Of a DNA stretch of 64,000 bases, positions 1 through 12,228 are shown piece by piece (the first letter of the stretch is position 1; each line of letters opens with the position of its first letter). The stretch comes from Eledone cirrhosa. Lineage: Eukaryota. The notes beneath the pieces are model-generated. The model worked only from the letters and a program-made list of their open reading frames with translations, did not search any database and was not told where the DNA came from. The translations under genes were made by a program, and so were the position numbers. The stretch spans positions 240,002,001 to 240,066,000 of the forward strand of contig OZ024743.1 in NCBI GenBank assembly GCA_964016885.1. Reading direction: 5' to 3'.

Positions 1-221
1 AGTGGGTGAGAGGTGGGGGTGGCTGAAATTGCCTGTAGAACAATGAGGGAGTGGGTGGAGCAGATTAAAAATTCTAATTTAGTCCAGGAATAGCCGTCGA
101 AACGGCTTGAGCTCTGCCGTCGGGGTCATACTTTTTCTTATTACCCACTCTACTACCCTAAGTATTGAGTATTCTGGTGCGTTATGGTCCATCTGGTTCC
201 TTACCACAACTCCTTCGTTAT
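1..221 (+). mobile_element. Short non-coding PLE-type unit (family A), ends in (TA)n
   Basis: Same sequence (gtccag..agccgtcgaaacggcttgagctc..gccgtcgggg..ggttccttaccac) recurs at 12061-12178, 19608-19937 and 36401-36903, always next to (TA)n. Confidence 0.65.
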
Positions 222-712
222 ATATATTTATATATATATATATATACGTATTAAAGGTTTATTAGTCTCTAATTTTAAAACATCTCAATGAAAGAAATCG
301 CTCAGAAAAGCAATAATATATATTTAAATTAAATGAGAAAAAACTCTAAGTCTGCGACTATAAACAATATAGTCAAAAAATATCCTATCTAACTTCACTT
401 ATATATAGATCTCACTACCATAGTTTTGTGTCTGGAAGAATTGTTATTGGAAACACCAATAATTGAAGAATCCGCCACACTCTTGAGGGGAGTATGATTC
501 TTCAAAGAGAAATGGAACAAAATATAAAACATAGTGTTTCCTTAGCCGAGACGGTATGGTGAAATAAAAAAAAAACACGTGTAGTGTTACGTTCTCAAAT
601 TTCCTAGGGTATTAAAACTACCATTGTAGGGAGATCTATATATAAACAATATTTGATAGAATATTTTTTTCATCGACAGTTTTATTCTCATTTAATTTTA
701 AAAAGATAATGT

Positions 713-773
<61 letters not shown>
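713..773. repeat. (GT)n microsatellite
   Basis: Directly visible. Confidence 0.95.
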
Positions 774-775
<2 letters not shown>

Positions 776-879
776 AGTTCATGGGTTTGGGCAATTAACG
801 GTCTTATTTACATACAGTTGAGTCCGATGACAAGGTGGATGGTAGAAGGACAATCAAAATTATATAAGTACAATTGATC

Positions 880-1035
880 CCGCAGGCTGTTAGAACGTCG
901 GATAGAATTATTTACACTATTTGTCCTGGCTCTCTGTGGTCTCAGAGTTAAAGTCCTCCAGGGGTCAACTATGCATTTCATTATCATATCGAAGTTGAGA
1001 TAGAAGTAACTGTTCAGTACTGGCGTCGATTCTTT
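880..1035 (+). mobile_element. Decayed tRNA-derived SINE (Meta-type)
   Basis: gagttaaagtcctccaggggtcaactatgcatttcat resembles the better copy at 28150-28340; another decayed copy at about 1580-1740. Confidence 0.5.
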
Positions 1036-2409
1036 TCTCTCTCCTCGCCTGGAAGAACTTCGCAGTGTTCAGGCCTACAGAGGTATGGGCTTTGTCAGGC
1101 TTAAAATGTCAAAGTCATTGTATGTCACTGTGGAACCCCGATGATACTACCAGGAGTTACGTATTCACATACCAGATGCCTTCTCGGTGTCGCTGATGAA
1201 CGGCGTTGAATTAACGTTTAACGATTGTATATTTAATATATGTGTCACCTTAAATTAATTTCCTAGCCCAATTAGAGTGACAATATGTGACAAAGCTACA
1301 ATCTATACAAAGGGTTTCGACAGTTTCCGTCTTATCAGTTTCAGTCATAGACTTAGACAGACCAAATGCTTTAATAAAAGACACCTACCCAAGACAACAT
1401 ACAGTGGAATTGAACCCGAGACCTCATGTTTGCTAGCCAAACATCTTAAGTACCCAACCATAGCTACATCCTAGATATCAAGTAAATAAATGAAGAAATC
1501 AGAATAATTATCAAAAGGATATCTACACATGTAATAATATACAGCAAATCAACAAAACAACGAGTAAAATAATTAATGCTATCAGTTTACGTCCCTTTAC
1601 ATTCTGAATTTAAATTATGTTCAATTTTGTTTCATCCTGACAGGGCCGGCTAGTAAATTTAGAGCTAGTCAAGTACTGGGATCAATCTAAACAGCTGTTC
1701 CTTTTCTCCAAACGGGGAGCCTTGTTCATAACTTTAGTTTTACAACCGTGAACACCGTAAGGATGTATGCATGTGTACGTCTATGCAATGGCTAATGGTA
1801 AGAGCAGGAACCAGCCAAGGTAAGTTGACACATTTCTATGTTCCTTCGTTCTGCCTATCTGATGAGCAGAACCTCAGCTAGATTTTTCTCCTGAGGGCCC
1901 AAAACGAACAGAATTGAAAAGACGTCAACCCGGGGGATAGCAAGGAGCATATGCTGAAAGAGTAATTCTAAATGGTGCAGATCATTCTTGTGGTTGGCCA
2001 AGGTTCTGTGGTCAAAGTAGGCTGATCACTTGTCATCAGTAGAATAAGAAAAATACTGGCGACAGAAGACATCTATGGATCATTGATGAAGAGTCAGCAA
2101 ATACAGTAGCCAAAGTACACATCCAGCTTCATACCCAATATCATTTGTGCGGCAAGATATGTACCAGTCCGGCTGGAGCATAGTATGGTTAAGAAATTGT
2201 TCTTGCAGGAAAAAGCAACTTTATTATTTATGCACTATAGATTTTCATGATATATGAAGCCATAAAAATCTGCAAGATTTCTTAAAATTTAAAAGTGGCC
2301 GGCTGCACGAAGGAGGCCGGGAAGACAACTATTTTCTTTACAACTGTACCACCGAGCAGGTGGCCAGTAAACGTAAATCTAAACACTCAAACCATAAAGC
2401 GAAGCACAC

Positions 2410-2576
2410 AGTTACACACATACACAGGTACACATATACACAGGTATATATATATATATATATATATACATACGAACACATACACATATACACACGTACA
2501 CACATACACAGGCACACGTATTCACAGGTATATATATACACACGAACACATATACACACGTACACACATATACAGG

Positions 2577-2641
<65 letters not shown>

Positions 2642-2870
2642 CTACATACACACATACGTACATACACACAATCGTACATACATTTGTGATTGTTTTGGTA
2701 TAGGGCTAATTAATATTGGATTGCTTTGTGTCATGACCTGGTGGGTTAATGCGGTGGGTCTTTCCTTCCAATGAACATTCGATACCAAAACTGCCATCAG
2801 TGAAGCCGATATGTCGTAAAAATGTTTTGAATAAATAATACGCCCTCAAGATCTTAAAGAATGAAGTGTC

Positions 2871-2931
<61 letters not shown>

Positions 2932-3040
2932 TATATATACACACATATATATATATATACATATTTATATACATATATATAAATGTGTGTATATATATGT
3001 GTGTGTCTGTGTATTTGTATATATATTTGTGTGTGTGCAC
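2410..3040. repeat. Compound (TA)n/(CA)n microsatellite region
   Basis: Directly visible; explains the YI/HT ORFs. Confidence 0.9.
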
Positions 3041-3214
3041 TCGTTTTTATTTTATGTGCTTCTGCTCTGACATCCCAGACCCTCCTTGAGCAATGTTCTG
3101 ACTCAAATCAAATAATATAATATATTTCCGCCATCATATATATGTTCAAAAATACCTATTTGAATAAAAGAAACGGCTGAAATGAGGCAACATGATGTGA
3201 AACTAATCAAATGT

Positions 3215-4480
3215 TATTGTGGGATATATTGATGTTCATCCGTTTTCCAATGGCATTATAAAAGTGAAATGAAATAGCTTCAACTGGAAATCGAAACGAG
3301 CAGCTCACGCTAGCAAACACTAAATGAGTCCCCAGTCGTTTTGGTTTGTGATTGTCTTTTGAATTGTTTGTTTCAGATCATTTTTTCTGAACCCATGGAT
3401 ATTTAAAAAATTCCTGTTGTTTTTGAATGAGTTTCGTCGTGGAACCAATGCATCACAGATAGCTCAAAACATCAAGGAGGTGCTTGGCGAAGATGCGGCT
3501 GATGAATGCAGTGCAGTCGATGGTTTGAGAAGTTCCGTTCTGGCGACTTTATTCTTGAAAATAAGCCACGTGGAAGACCCGTGACCAAGGTGGATAATGA
3601 TAAGCTGAAAACTGTAGTGGAAGCAGATGCATCTCAAACTAGATCTGAATTAGCGACAAGGTTTTGACAATATTATACCATTTGGCAATATAATTCCATT
3701 TGAAACAAATCGGCAAGATAAAGAAGCTGGACCAATGGGATACACATGAATTGAACGAGCGCCAGAAGAGAACTCGTCTCGAAGCATACTGTTTTTTGCT
3801 GTCACGATATAAAGGTGAAACATTTTTGCATCATATTGTTAAATCTGACGAAAAATGGATTCTTTTCAACAATCGCAAGCGTTCAGCATGATGGTTGGAT
3901 AAGGATGAAGTTCCAAAAACACAGTCCAAAACAGAATATTCTCCAACAAAACTAACGTTATTTGTTTGGTGGTCCAGCGCTGGTACCATTCACTACAGCT
4001 TTGTGAAACCAGGTGGATGAATACTGCAACGAATTGGACGAAATGACGAGGGTGCTTGCGATTAAACAACCGAAATTGGTCAATAGCGACAGACTAATCC
4101 TCTTGCATGACTTCACTCGACCACATGTAGCACAAACAAAGCTGCACAAGTTACCGGAGATTGATTTAGAAAGTGTCTCTCACCCACCATATTCACCAGA
4201 CCCTGCACCAATTGACTAGCACGTGTTCCAGGCATTGGACCACATCTTGCAAGGAAAAACATTCAATTCTCAAGAAGCTGTGAAACAGCCTTTCACGATT
4301 TCATTGCCCTTCGCCCTCCAGGCTTCTTTGCTGCCGGCACAAACAAGTTACCGTTAAAATGACAGACGCATGTTGATAGTTTAGTCGCATACTTTGATTA
4401 ATTGCACTGCTTATTTCTTTGTAGATAAAATAAACTAAACTCTCAAATTCGAAATGGGATACTTCTTATTCTTAAACAAT
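3215..4480 (+). mobile_element. Decayed mariner DNA transposon
   Basis: Frameshifted transposase motifs: WDTHEL (WVPHEL), DEKWI, HDFTRPH (HDNARPH), HPPYSPDPAPID; loosely matching termini tattgt.../...acaata. Confidence 0.9.
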
Positions 4481-4539
4481 AGCACAGAATAGAGAAATGA
4501 GGTGATTAAAGCGGTGTATGTGTGTTACTATCATTGATG

Positions 4540-4945
4540 GTACTCATGTGTATTGGTGGTGTTGGTGTCGCTGATGATGATAATGATGGTGACAGTTGCG
4601 TGCAGTTCATGATGGTAGTGTTGGAGATGGTTGTAATATCGATGATAGTGGTAGTATCATTAGTGGTTGCAGTCAAGGTGATGGTGGTGTTGGTAGTTGT
4701 AGTGGAGGTGATGGTAGTGTTGGTGGTTGTAGTGGAGGTGATGGTAGTATTTGTGTTTGCAGTGAAGGTGATGGTAGTAATGATGGTGGTATTAGTAGTA
4801 GTGGTAGTAGTAGTGGTGATTGTAGTAGGGGTAACGTTAGTATTGATGGTTGTAGTAGAGGTGATGGTTTGGGTAGGGTTTTAGTAGTATTGGTGGTTGT
4901 AGTGGCGGTGGTTGTAGCAGGGGTGATGTTAGTGGTAATATCCAC
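4540..4945. repeat. Degenerate (GTG/GTA/ATG)n trinucleotide low-complexity tract
   Basis: Directly visible; explains the Val-, Gly/Ser- and Pro-rich ORFs. Confidence 0.85.
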
Positions 4946-5029
4946 GGTAATTCTGCGTAGTTTTGAAGAACATAAATGCAATAAATTACTTTTAAGCCTG
5001 GTGGAGCCCAACCCTCTCCAAGTCTGAAC

Positions 5030-5160
5030 AGCCGAATTTTTCTATAGAGGAAGAATCGACCACAGTACTGGACTATTACTTTTTTTTATCAACCTCGAAA
5101 GGATGAAAGGCAAAGTTGACCACAGCGGGATTTGAACATTCTATCCGACGATAAGAGAAA
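5030..5160 (-). mobile_element. Meta-type SINE fragment
   Basis: ggatgaaaggcaaagttgaccacagcgggatttgaac is the reverse complement of a B-box plus core seen in other copies. Confidence 0.65.
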
Positions 5161-5479
5161 GCAGCCAGTTAACATAACTAGGCGCTTGAATGATCGTAAA
5201 ATTATACGATCCTGTTATGAGGAAGAATTTTTTAAATTTATACAGCATGGGCGATATGATAACTTGGGGATACTTTCAAGATCAGGTTTTCTAATGCACT
5301 GTTGAAGATCTGGGATATGCTACAGCCAGCCATGAAGCTGGTTTGATGAGAATTATAGCGAGATTTAGGGACACTTTTCTTCAAAATCTGATACACACTA
5401 AGCAGCATAACTTAGCGTTCATTCATTACAGAAATATTCAGTGACCAATGAAGCAGTGAAAAAGGACACTCAGTTTTGA

Positions 5480-6150
5480 AGGTATTTCTTTTGACATTCT
5501 TATTAGTGTAGTCTGGAGAGACGGTGCTGTTCCCAAAGATTGAAAAGATGTGATTATGCTTCCAATTTATAAATGAAAGCGAATTTGAATAAAATGTGAC
5601 AACCAAACGGGTACAAATTTATTGTCAACTTTTGGCAGGTTTCTGGCAAGTATTTTCATCCTGCTTGATATTTCCTATGTAGTTTATGTCCTTCCTGAAT
5701 TTCAGTGGGGTTTCCATTCAGATAGAGAAACAGTGGATAAGTTTTTCACAGAAACATAAATGATACGATTAAAACATGGATCTTGTCAAGATTTCCATTA
5801 ATCCAACAAAAATCACGATATGCAAGCAAATAGTAGAAAACACTTTGAAAACAGTTGTTTAGATCACTTTGTATCGATAATTAAATCATTTCACAGTGGA
5901 TGCAATGTCAGTGCGAGCATGGCGAGACCTACTTATGTGGAGAATTGTGTCAAACAGAATGGCATCCTTGGCTTAATTTACTTTTCCTTGTATTTTGTTG
6001 TTAGTCTTGTCCATACTTTTATCGTCATTTTTCTACTGTCTTATATGTAGGTAACTGATCTTCCTGACGTATCATCAATTTGCAGCATTTTAGTGCCAAT
6101 TATGAAGTATTTTAATATTTTCTTCGTTGTGTTCTCTATGCAGATCATTT
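5480..6150 (+). pseudogene. Highly decayed LINE (RTE-like) RT fragment
   Basis: tggagagacggtgctgttcccaaagattga...ccaatttataaa reads as a W..G.VP.DW...PIYK motif with stops. Confidence 0.4.
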
Positions 6151-6732
6151 CGACTTAGTTACACATAATGTTGAAAATATGCGAAATCTAATGAACATAT
6201 TGCTGCTTCATTTAAGAAATTAGAACTCAGCATTAGTTTGAAATAGACCATTTTAATGTTCCAATTAGAAGAATCACATACGTGAACCAATTTTAGTTGA
6301 CGGATCAGAGCAGAATATAGCAGATACTTTTGTCTACATAGACAGCATACAAAGTTGCTCTTGCTTCGTAGATTAAGAAATATGGCTAAGGCTTAAGAAA
6401 GTAGTTGACTCTTTGAAAGTCTTTGAATTTCTTTCCTGGTCCCTACAAGGGGTGGCAAATTGAACTATTAAAGGATGAATACGAGCTGAAAGAATGCACA
6501 CCAAGCGTGGCTGATCATTTCCATTCTGTTCTCCATAGGCTTAACACAATTACATGTATGAGTCGGCCAAAGAGGTATCGTTATTTATCTTCTAATGAAG
6601 AGACAATGAAAATAGCAACACCTAATTACGATCACTTAGTTTTTTTTTGTACGAAGCGAGAGTGTAATACAAGATATGACTGGACTTCATTCATTTCATC
6701 CGGAGGCATTCAACTGACCATTGTAGTTATAT

Positions 6733-7440
6733 ATTCGAGGGGAAGAAAACATTTATCCGAGTTCTTGTTTTTTCAATTTATTTACACAAACGCAGGGGTT
6801 AAACAAGTACGTAATTTTTCTACATAGTCTCCTTCCTTTTCGATTCACTTGGTCCAGCGGTCCTGAAGCTTATGTATTCCCTCCAGAAAGCGGTTTTCGG
6901 TTGGTCACGCAACCATTTATGCACCGATTCCTGTACTTCTTTATCTGTGGGAAATCGACGACTTCGTAAAGTATCTTTGAGCGATCCAAAGAGATGATGG
7001 CACACCTCAACACATTTGCCCTTGTGCTCTGCGGTACGCTCTCTTGGCACCCATCTCGCACAAACTTTATGGAAGCCGAGCTCGTCGTGGATGATTTGAT
7101 AGGCAGAACCATGACTAATCTGTAGAGAACATGCTACATCATCCATGATACCTCGCCGGTTCGCCATTACCATATCCAAGCTGATTGAATCTTCCTGTCA
7201 GTGGTAGAGGTTCGCGGCGTCTTGCTCCTACTTCCTGTGATACGCTTGACCAGCCACTTTTAAAATTCTCGATCCACTCATACCCACTTCTCAGCGGTAG
7301 TGCACTGTCGCCGTATCGTATTAAAAGCCTCCGAAGAATTTCAGCCCCTGAAACACCTTCCGACCAGCGAAATCGGATTGCTGTTCTCTGTACCACCCAT
7401 GTGCACACTGCTAGCTGGGAGGCCAAGTTTGCTCTGTAAC
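6733..7440 (-). mobile_element. Internally deleted mariner transposon
   Basis: N-terminal HTH (AIRFRWSEG...YEWIENFKSG), then CARWVPRE joined almost directly to the C-terminal HLFGSLKDTLRSRRF; most of the catalytic domain is missing. Confidence 0.85.
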
Positions 7441-7499
7441 AAAAGCAAGAAAACAGGCGTGATCAAGAACAAACTTCGATCACGTAACCACAACTGAAC

Positions 7500-9045
7500 C
7501 GGCTGTATATATTGGTCAAACGAATCAACAACAAATTGAACAACAGCAACAGCAACCACCAAAATTGTCATCATCAGCATCATCATCTACTGCTGCTATT
7601 ATTAACCTTTCTAACACCTCAACTAATGATAAACCACTGCTTTCTTTCCCTACATCGCCACTTCCATCCTACAGTACTACGAAACATATATCAAAATCTA
7701 TATGTCAAAATCAAGCGTGCTATGAAGCAGCAAACACGAAACCCCAAAATACGTCATTAATCACTACATCAGAAGCTCTACGCACGCAGTGATTGCATCT
7801 TCACGCATCTACTTGGGACTAGACGCACAATTCATATGATCACTACTAGCCAAAGTCAAAGCACACATCCCACAATAACAACAACACCACTAAATACTAA
7901 ATCAAATGCTAAAACACGCGTAACCTGGAATCCTAAAATGTGCTGGTATGCCCCAACGCGTGAGATTATGCAGCCTGACTGCCCCTTCACTCATCTTCCA
8001 GAGACCCGAAGCACAAACAGAACAAATGGTGCTCCAAGCCAACCTCTGATCCACAGTAAAATCACCCCTGCTGTAGTAATGCTGGTCCAAACTTTTCACG
8101 AAGGTACAAAAACACTACCAAAAGTGGAAACTATAATCTTATCCAACAGTGCAACCACACCTCCAGTCAGCAACAGCTCCCTAAACAAGACAACACAGTT
8201 TTAGTCATAATGAACCTGGCTAAAGAGATACAAAAAAAATCTAGCTATCACACAACACCAACCTCTGCTATTACCCCAGCATACCAACTTCCCCATTGCT
8301 GTCACTAACAAGCAAACAGAAAATAAGCCACCTGAAACAGTGAAAACCAACCACTACTCTAGACTCAACTCGATATACAAGGTGTCAACCCTTCCAACAA
8401 TACACAAAAATAGAAGGTCCAATTCATTGAGGATTTCTTCATCCTAACTGAGCCCCATCTCGACAAATTCGATTCAGAATTTTACAACCATTCGTGTGGA
8501 TTGTGTCGGCAGAGGGAAGGATGGAAGGAACTACCATTTTATTGCATGATTCCTTTACGACAGATGGAAATATCATATTCTAAACTGGCTACTGTGAATG
8601 AGTCACCATGCACAACAAAGCCAATGATTTGATAGTAGTTGAGTTCTATAGGCCACCCCAAACACCCATATAGTACTTCAAAAAATGTCTCAACAGCATT
8701 AAGTGTGTTATACAACAGTGCCATTTTGGTTACAACAGTTTGAAACCAGGTATTTCCACCTCAACCGCTGACAAAGCAGCAGTAGAGTCAGTGCTCGACT
8801 TCATGGATGAGTTTCCTTTTGTCCCAACTTTTCCAAGATATCAGAAAAACATATTAGACCTACTTAAAACATAATCCAGCATTGAAAGTTACTGCAATGG
8901 ATCGAGTGTTTCCTGACTAACAGAGCCTAACATTTTGTAGTCGGAGTACAACCAAGCCCAACCGAATTCAGTAGTGGTACCCCACAAGACACTGTGGTGC
9001 ACCCATTTCTCTTCATTATTTATTTCAATGAACTGAGCTCTAACA
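7500..9045 (+). pseudogene. Decayed CR1/L2-like LINE (Thr/Ser-rich ORF1-like part, EN and RT remnants)
   Basis: 8971-9036 reads SSGTPQDTVVHPFLFIIYFNEL, matching the SGVPQG..LGP.LF.IYINDL RT motif; upstream assignment is weaker. Confidence 0.45.
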
Positions 9046-9647
9046 GCTCGTATGCAATTAGAGCAGAGTGACGTTCTGAACGACTGTTGTCGGTTGTATT
9101 TAGATTGGTTCTAGTGTTCCTGCGTGTGATTTTCAGTCCTTTTCAACCCTTACGATTCAAGGTATATGTTTTATTCCTTGGTGTTTTTCGACCACATGCC
9201 AAGATGTCCGTTGACCGACTGTGGGTGTAGGACAACTTTTCTAGGCCCCTCTTCATGTGGAGCAAGCAATGCTGTTTCTAGAAAAGGTGTGCCGAACTAT
9301 GTTGTCATCCCCAGGTCAATACCAGATGACCATAATTCTGAACCACCTCCATACTGCATTGGGATTGTAGCTTCTAGTGTCATCTTACACCTGGTGTTTT
9401 CCCCCTTCTCCGTTGCTACAGGGTTTCGATTGGTTGGTGGTAGCGAACATGTCCTTCGAGCTGAGCAGTGGAACTTTTAGGTGACCCTCGCCAAGTATGC
9501 CAATATATATATACCGAGTTTATATTCATAGAAATCTGGGACTTGTCTCTTTCTTCTCACTTTCTGTTGCTTAAACCATTTTGTTTGTTCACCCTAGCGT
9601 CCCCTTTATTTACGTGTCCCAACGACTTTTTTTAGCCGTTGTTCGCA

Positions 9648-9717
9648 CCAACCTGAGGTATATGGCCTTTAAAGCGATGAAATGCTTAGGACGGTTGGAA
9701 GGCCACTGATGAAGGAC
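9648..9717 (+). ncRNA. Permuted/pseudoknotted hammerhead-like ribozyme with kink-turn (copy 1)
   Basis: CCAACC-tga-GGTAT-A-TGGCCT-ttaaagcgat-GAA-ATGCT-tag-ga-c-GGTTGG-a-AGGCCA-CTGATGA-aggac. Confidence 0.7.
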
Positions 9718-10280
9718 TTACTTTTTCATATGTAACCCATTTGCAACGCCGCAGCTCCATTATTATCATATTTACATATATTTTTTCCTCTGCTGCCACC
9801 CGTCTGTTTCGTTCTTTGTATCTTTACCCTTTCTAGCAGTCTCTCTCTCTCTGTTAGCCTCTTCCTCAACTTTCACTCACTCATTCTCTGTCACTACCTC
9901 TCCTCCTCCTCCTCCTCTTTCTTCCCGTTTGACCTGTCCGAATTCTTTTCTCGCGCGTTCTTGGCCAAGCCGGTATGAATTTTTTCTCTCTCTCTCTCTC
10001 TCGTCTGCGACTTCACAGAACTTATGTTTACCGAATTCGCAGACCAGACTCCTTCTTCTACCCCCCGTTAGACCTGTGCGAAATTCCTTCCTTGCTCACA
10101 TTTCAACCAGGTTTGATGGTCTTTATTCTTTTCGTTCACGATTTCACCGAGTTTATATTCATAGAAATCTGGGACTTGTCTCTTTCTTCTCACTTTCTGT
10201 TGCTTAAACCTTTTTGTTTGTTCACCCTAGCGTCCCCTTTATTTACGTGTCCCAACGACTTTTTTTAGCCGTTGTTCGCA

Positions 10281-10350
10281 CCAACCTGAGGTATATGGCC
10301 TTTAAAGCGATGAAATGCCTAGGACGGTTGGAAGGCCACTGATGAAGGAC
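10281..10350 (+). ncRNA. Permuted/pseudoknotted hammerhead-like ribozyme (copy 2)
   Basis: As copy 1, with stem III GGTAT/ATGCC. Confidence 0.7.
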
Positions 10351-10516
10351 TTACTTTTTCATATATATATATATATACGATATTTCTGAACAATGTCCCT
10401 CTACCAAATTCGAACCATATGTGTTCATCTATCAGAGGATATATTAAAGATACTTGCCAAAGGTGCCGTGCAATGAGATCGAATGTGGAACCCCGTGGAT
10501 TTGAATCAAATTTGTT

Positions 10517-10600
<84 letters not shown>

Positions 10601-11433
10601 ACACATATATATATATATATATATGTCATATGATCATCGCAAACACAGATTTATGTTTACCGTACGTTTTCAAGATAAGGTTCATTGCCGGCTGCAAGAA
10701 AGGAAACAAGATTTAACGTAGCTGGTGACCGTGACGCGAGGTGTTCGAATGGTTGCATGAATTAATGATTCGAGCTGGATGTCAACAATAGCAAAGACAA
10801 CCACAACAATGAAACTGGCAACAGTGAGTACAACAACAATGATAAACACTAGTCCCTCTACTGCGATTGTTGATAATAATGATAATAATAATAATACTGT
10901 AATGGAGACAGTGGTGATTAAGATTATGATGTTGAAAGGGATGATGGTACGTAAGACAGTGATGTGTTTTGAGACAGGTGATAATATTTTAAAGAATTAA
11001 TGAACTTTACACCTTTTTTCTTATTTATTATTCCATTGGAAATCAACTAACACAAAATGTAGGCAAATTTCATGAAGGACAACGAAACATGGGACACAGT
11101 TTCGAATCTCCTTCAAGCCAATATAAGTCTTTCGTTAAGTTGTTTCTAATGAAATACACTGCATTTCAATTAATGAAGAATGTGTTAGTAATTTCATAAA
11201 ACACTTAATTATTTAATTTATAAGTTAATAACATAACGTGTTTGTTTTTATTCGTTTCCTCCTCTTTTTACTTTCGTCTAGAAATCTATTTTTAATTTTA
11301 TCTCTCTATCTTCTGAGGAAGAACAAACGTCTGAATCCCCTTCCTATTATATATACCGCTAAACTTCTATATATCTTTATTCTACTGTACCATTTGAAAT
11401 TGTTTATACATTGACTTTTCTCACACACACACA

Positions 11434-12060
<627 letters not shown>

Positions 12061-12183
12061 TAACGGAGGAGTTGTGGTAAGGAACCAGATGGGCCATGAG
12101 GGACCAGATGGACCAGACGAGTCCAGAAATAGCCGTCGAAACGGCTTGAGTTCTGCCGTCGGGGTCACACTTTCTCCTATATA

Positions 12184-12226
<43 letters not shown>

Positions 12227-12228
<2 letters not shown>

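Larger units (their letters stand above)
9513..10364 (+). mobile_element. Non-coding retrozyme-like unit with about 219-bp terminal direct repeats (period 633), flanked by (TA)n
   Basis: 9513-9731 is repeated at 10146-10364; CT-rich interior; each repeat holds the permuted HHR motif. Confidence 0.85.

Noticed and set aside
1190-1220. CTGATGA matches at 1195, 1859, 12713 and 33900, and CTGACGA at 41666
   Set aside because: No compatible stems with a GAAA/NUH arrangement; some lie in coding remnants.
4522-5027. Val-rich membrane-like or extensin-like ORFs
   Set aside because: Products of a trinucleotide low-complexity tract.
9648-9717. HDV-like, twister or pistol assignment for the pseudoknot
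   Set aside because: Helix order and conserved residues do not match those classes, whereas the full hammerhead core is present.
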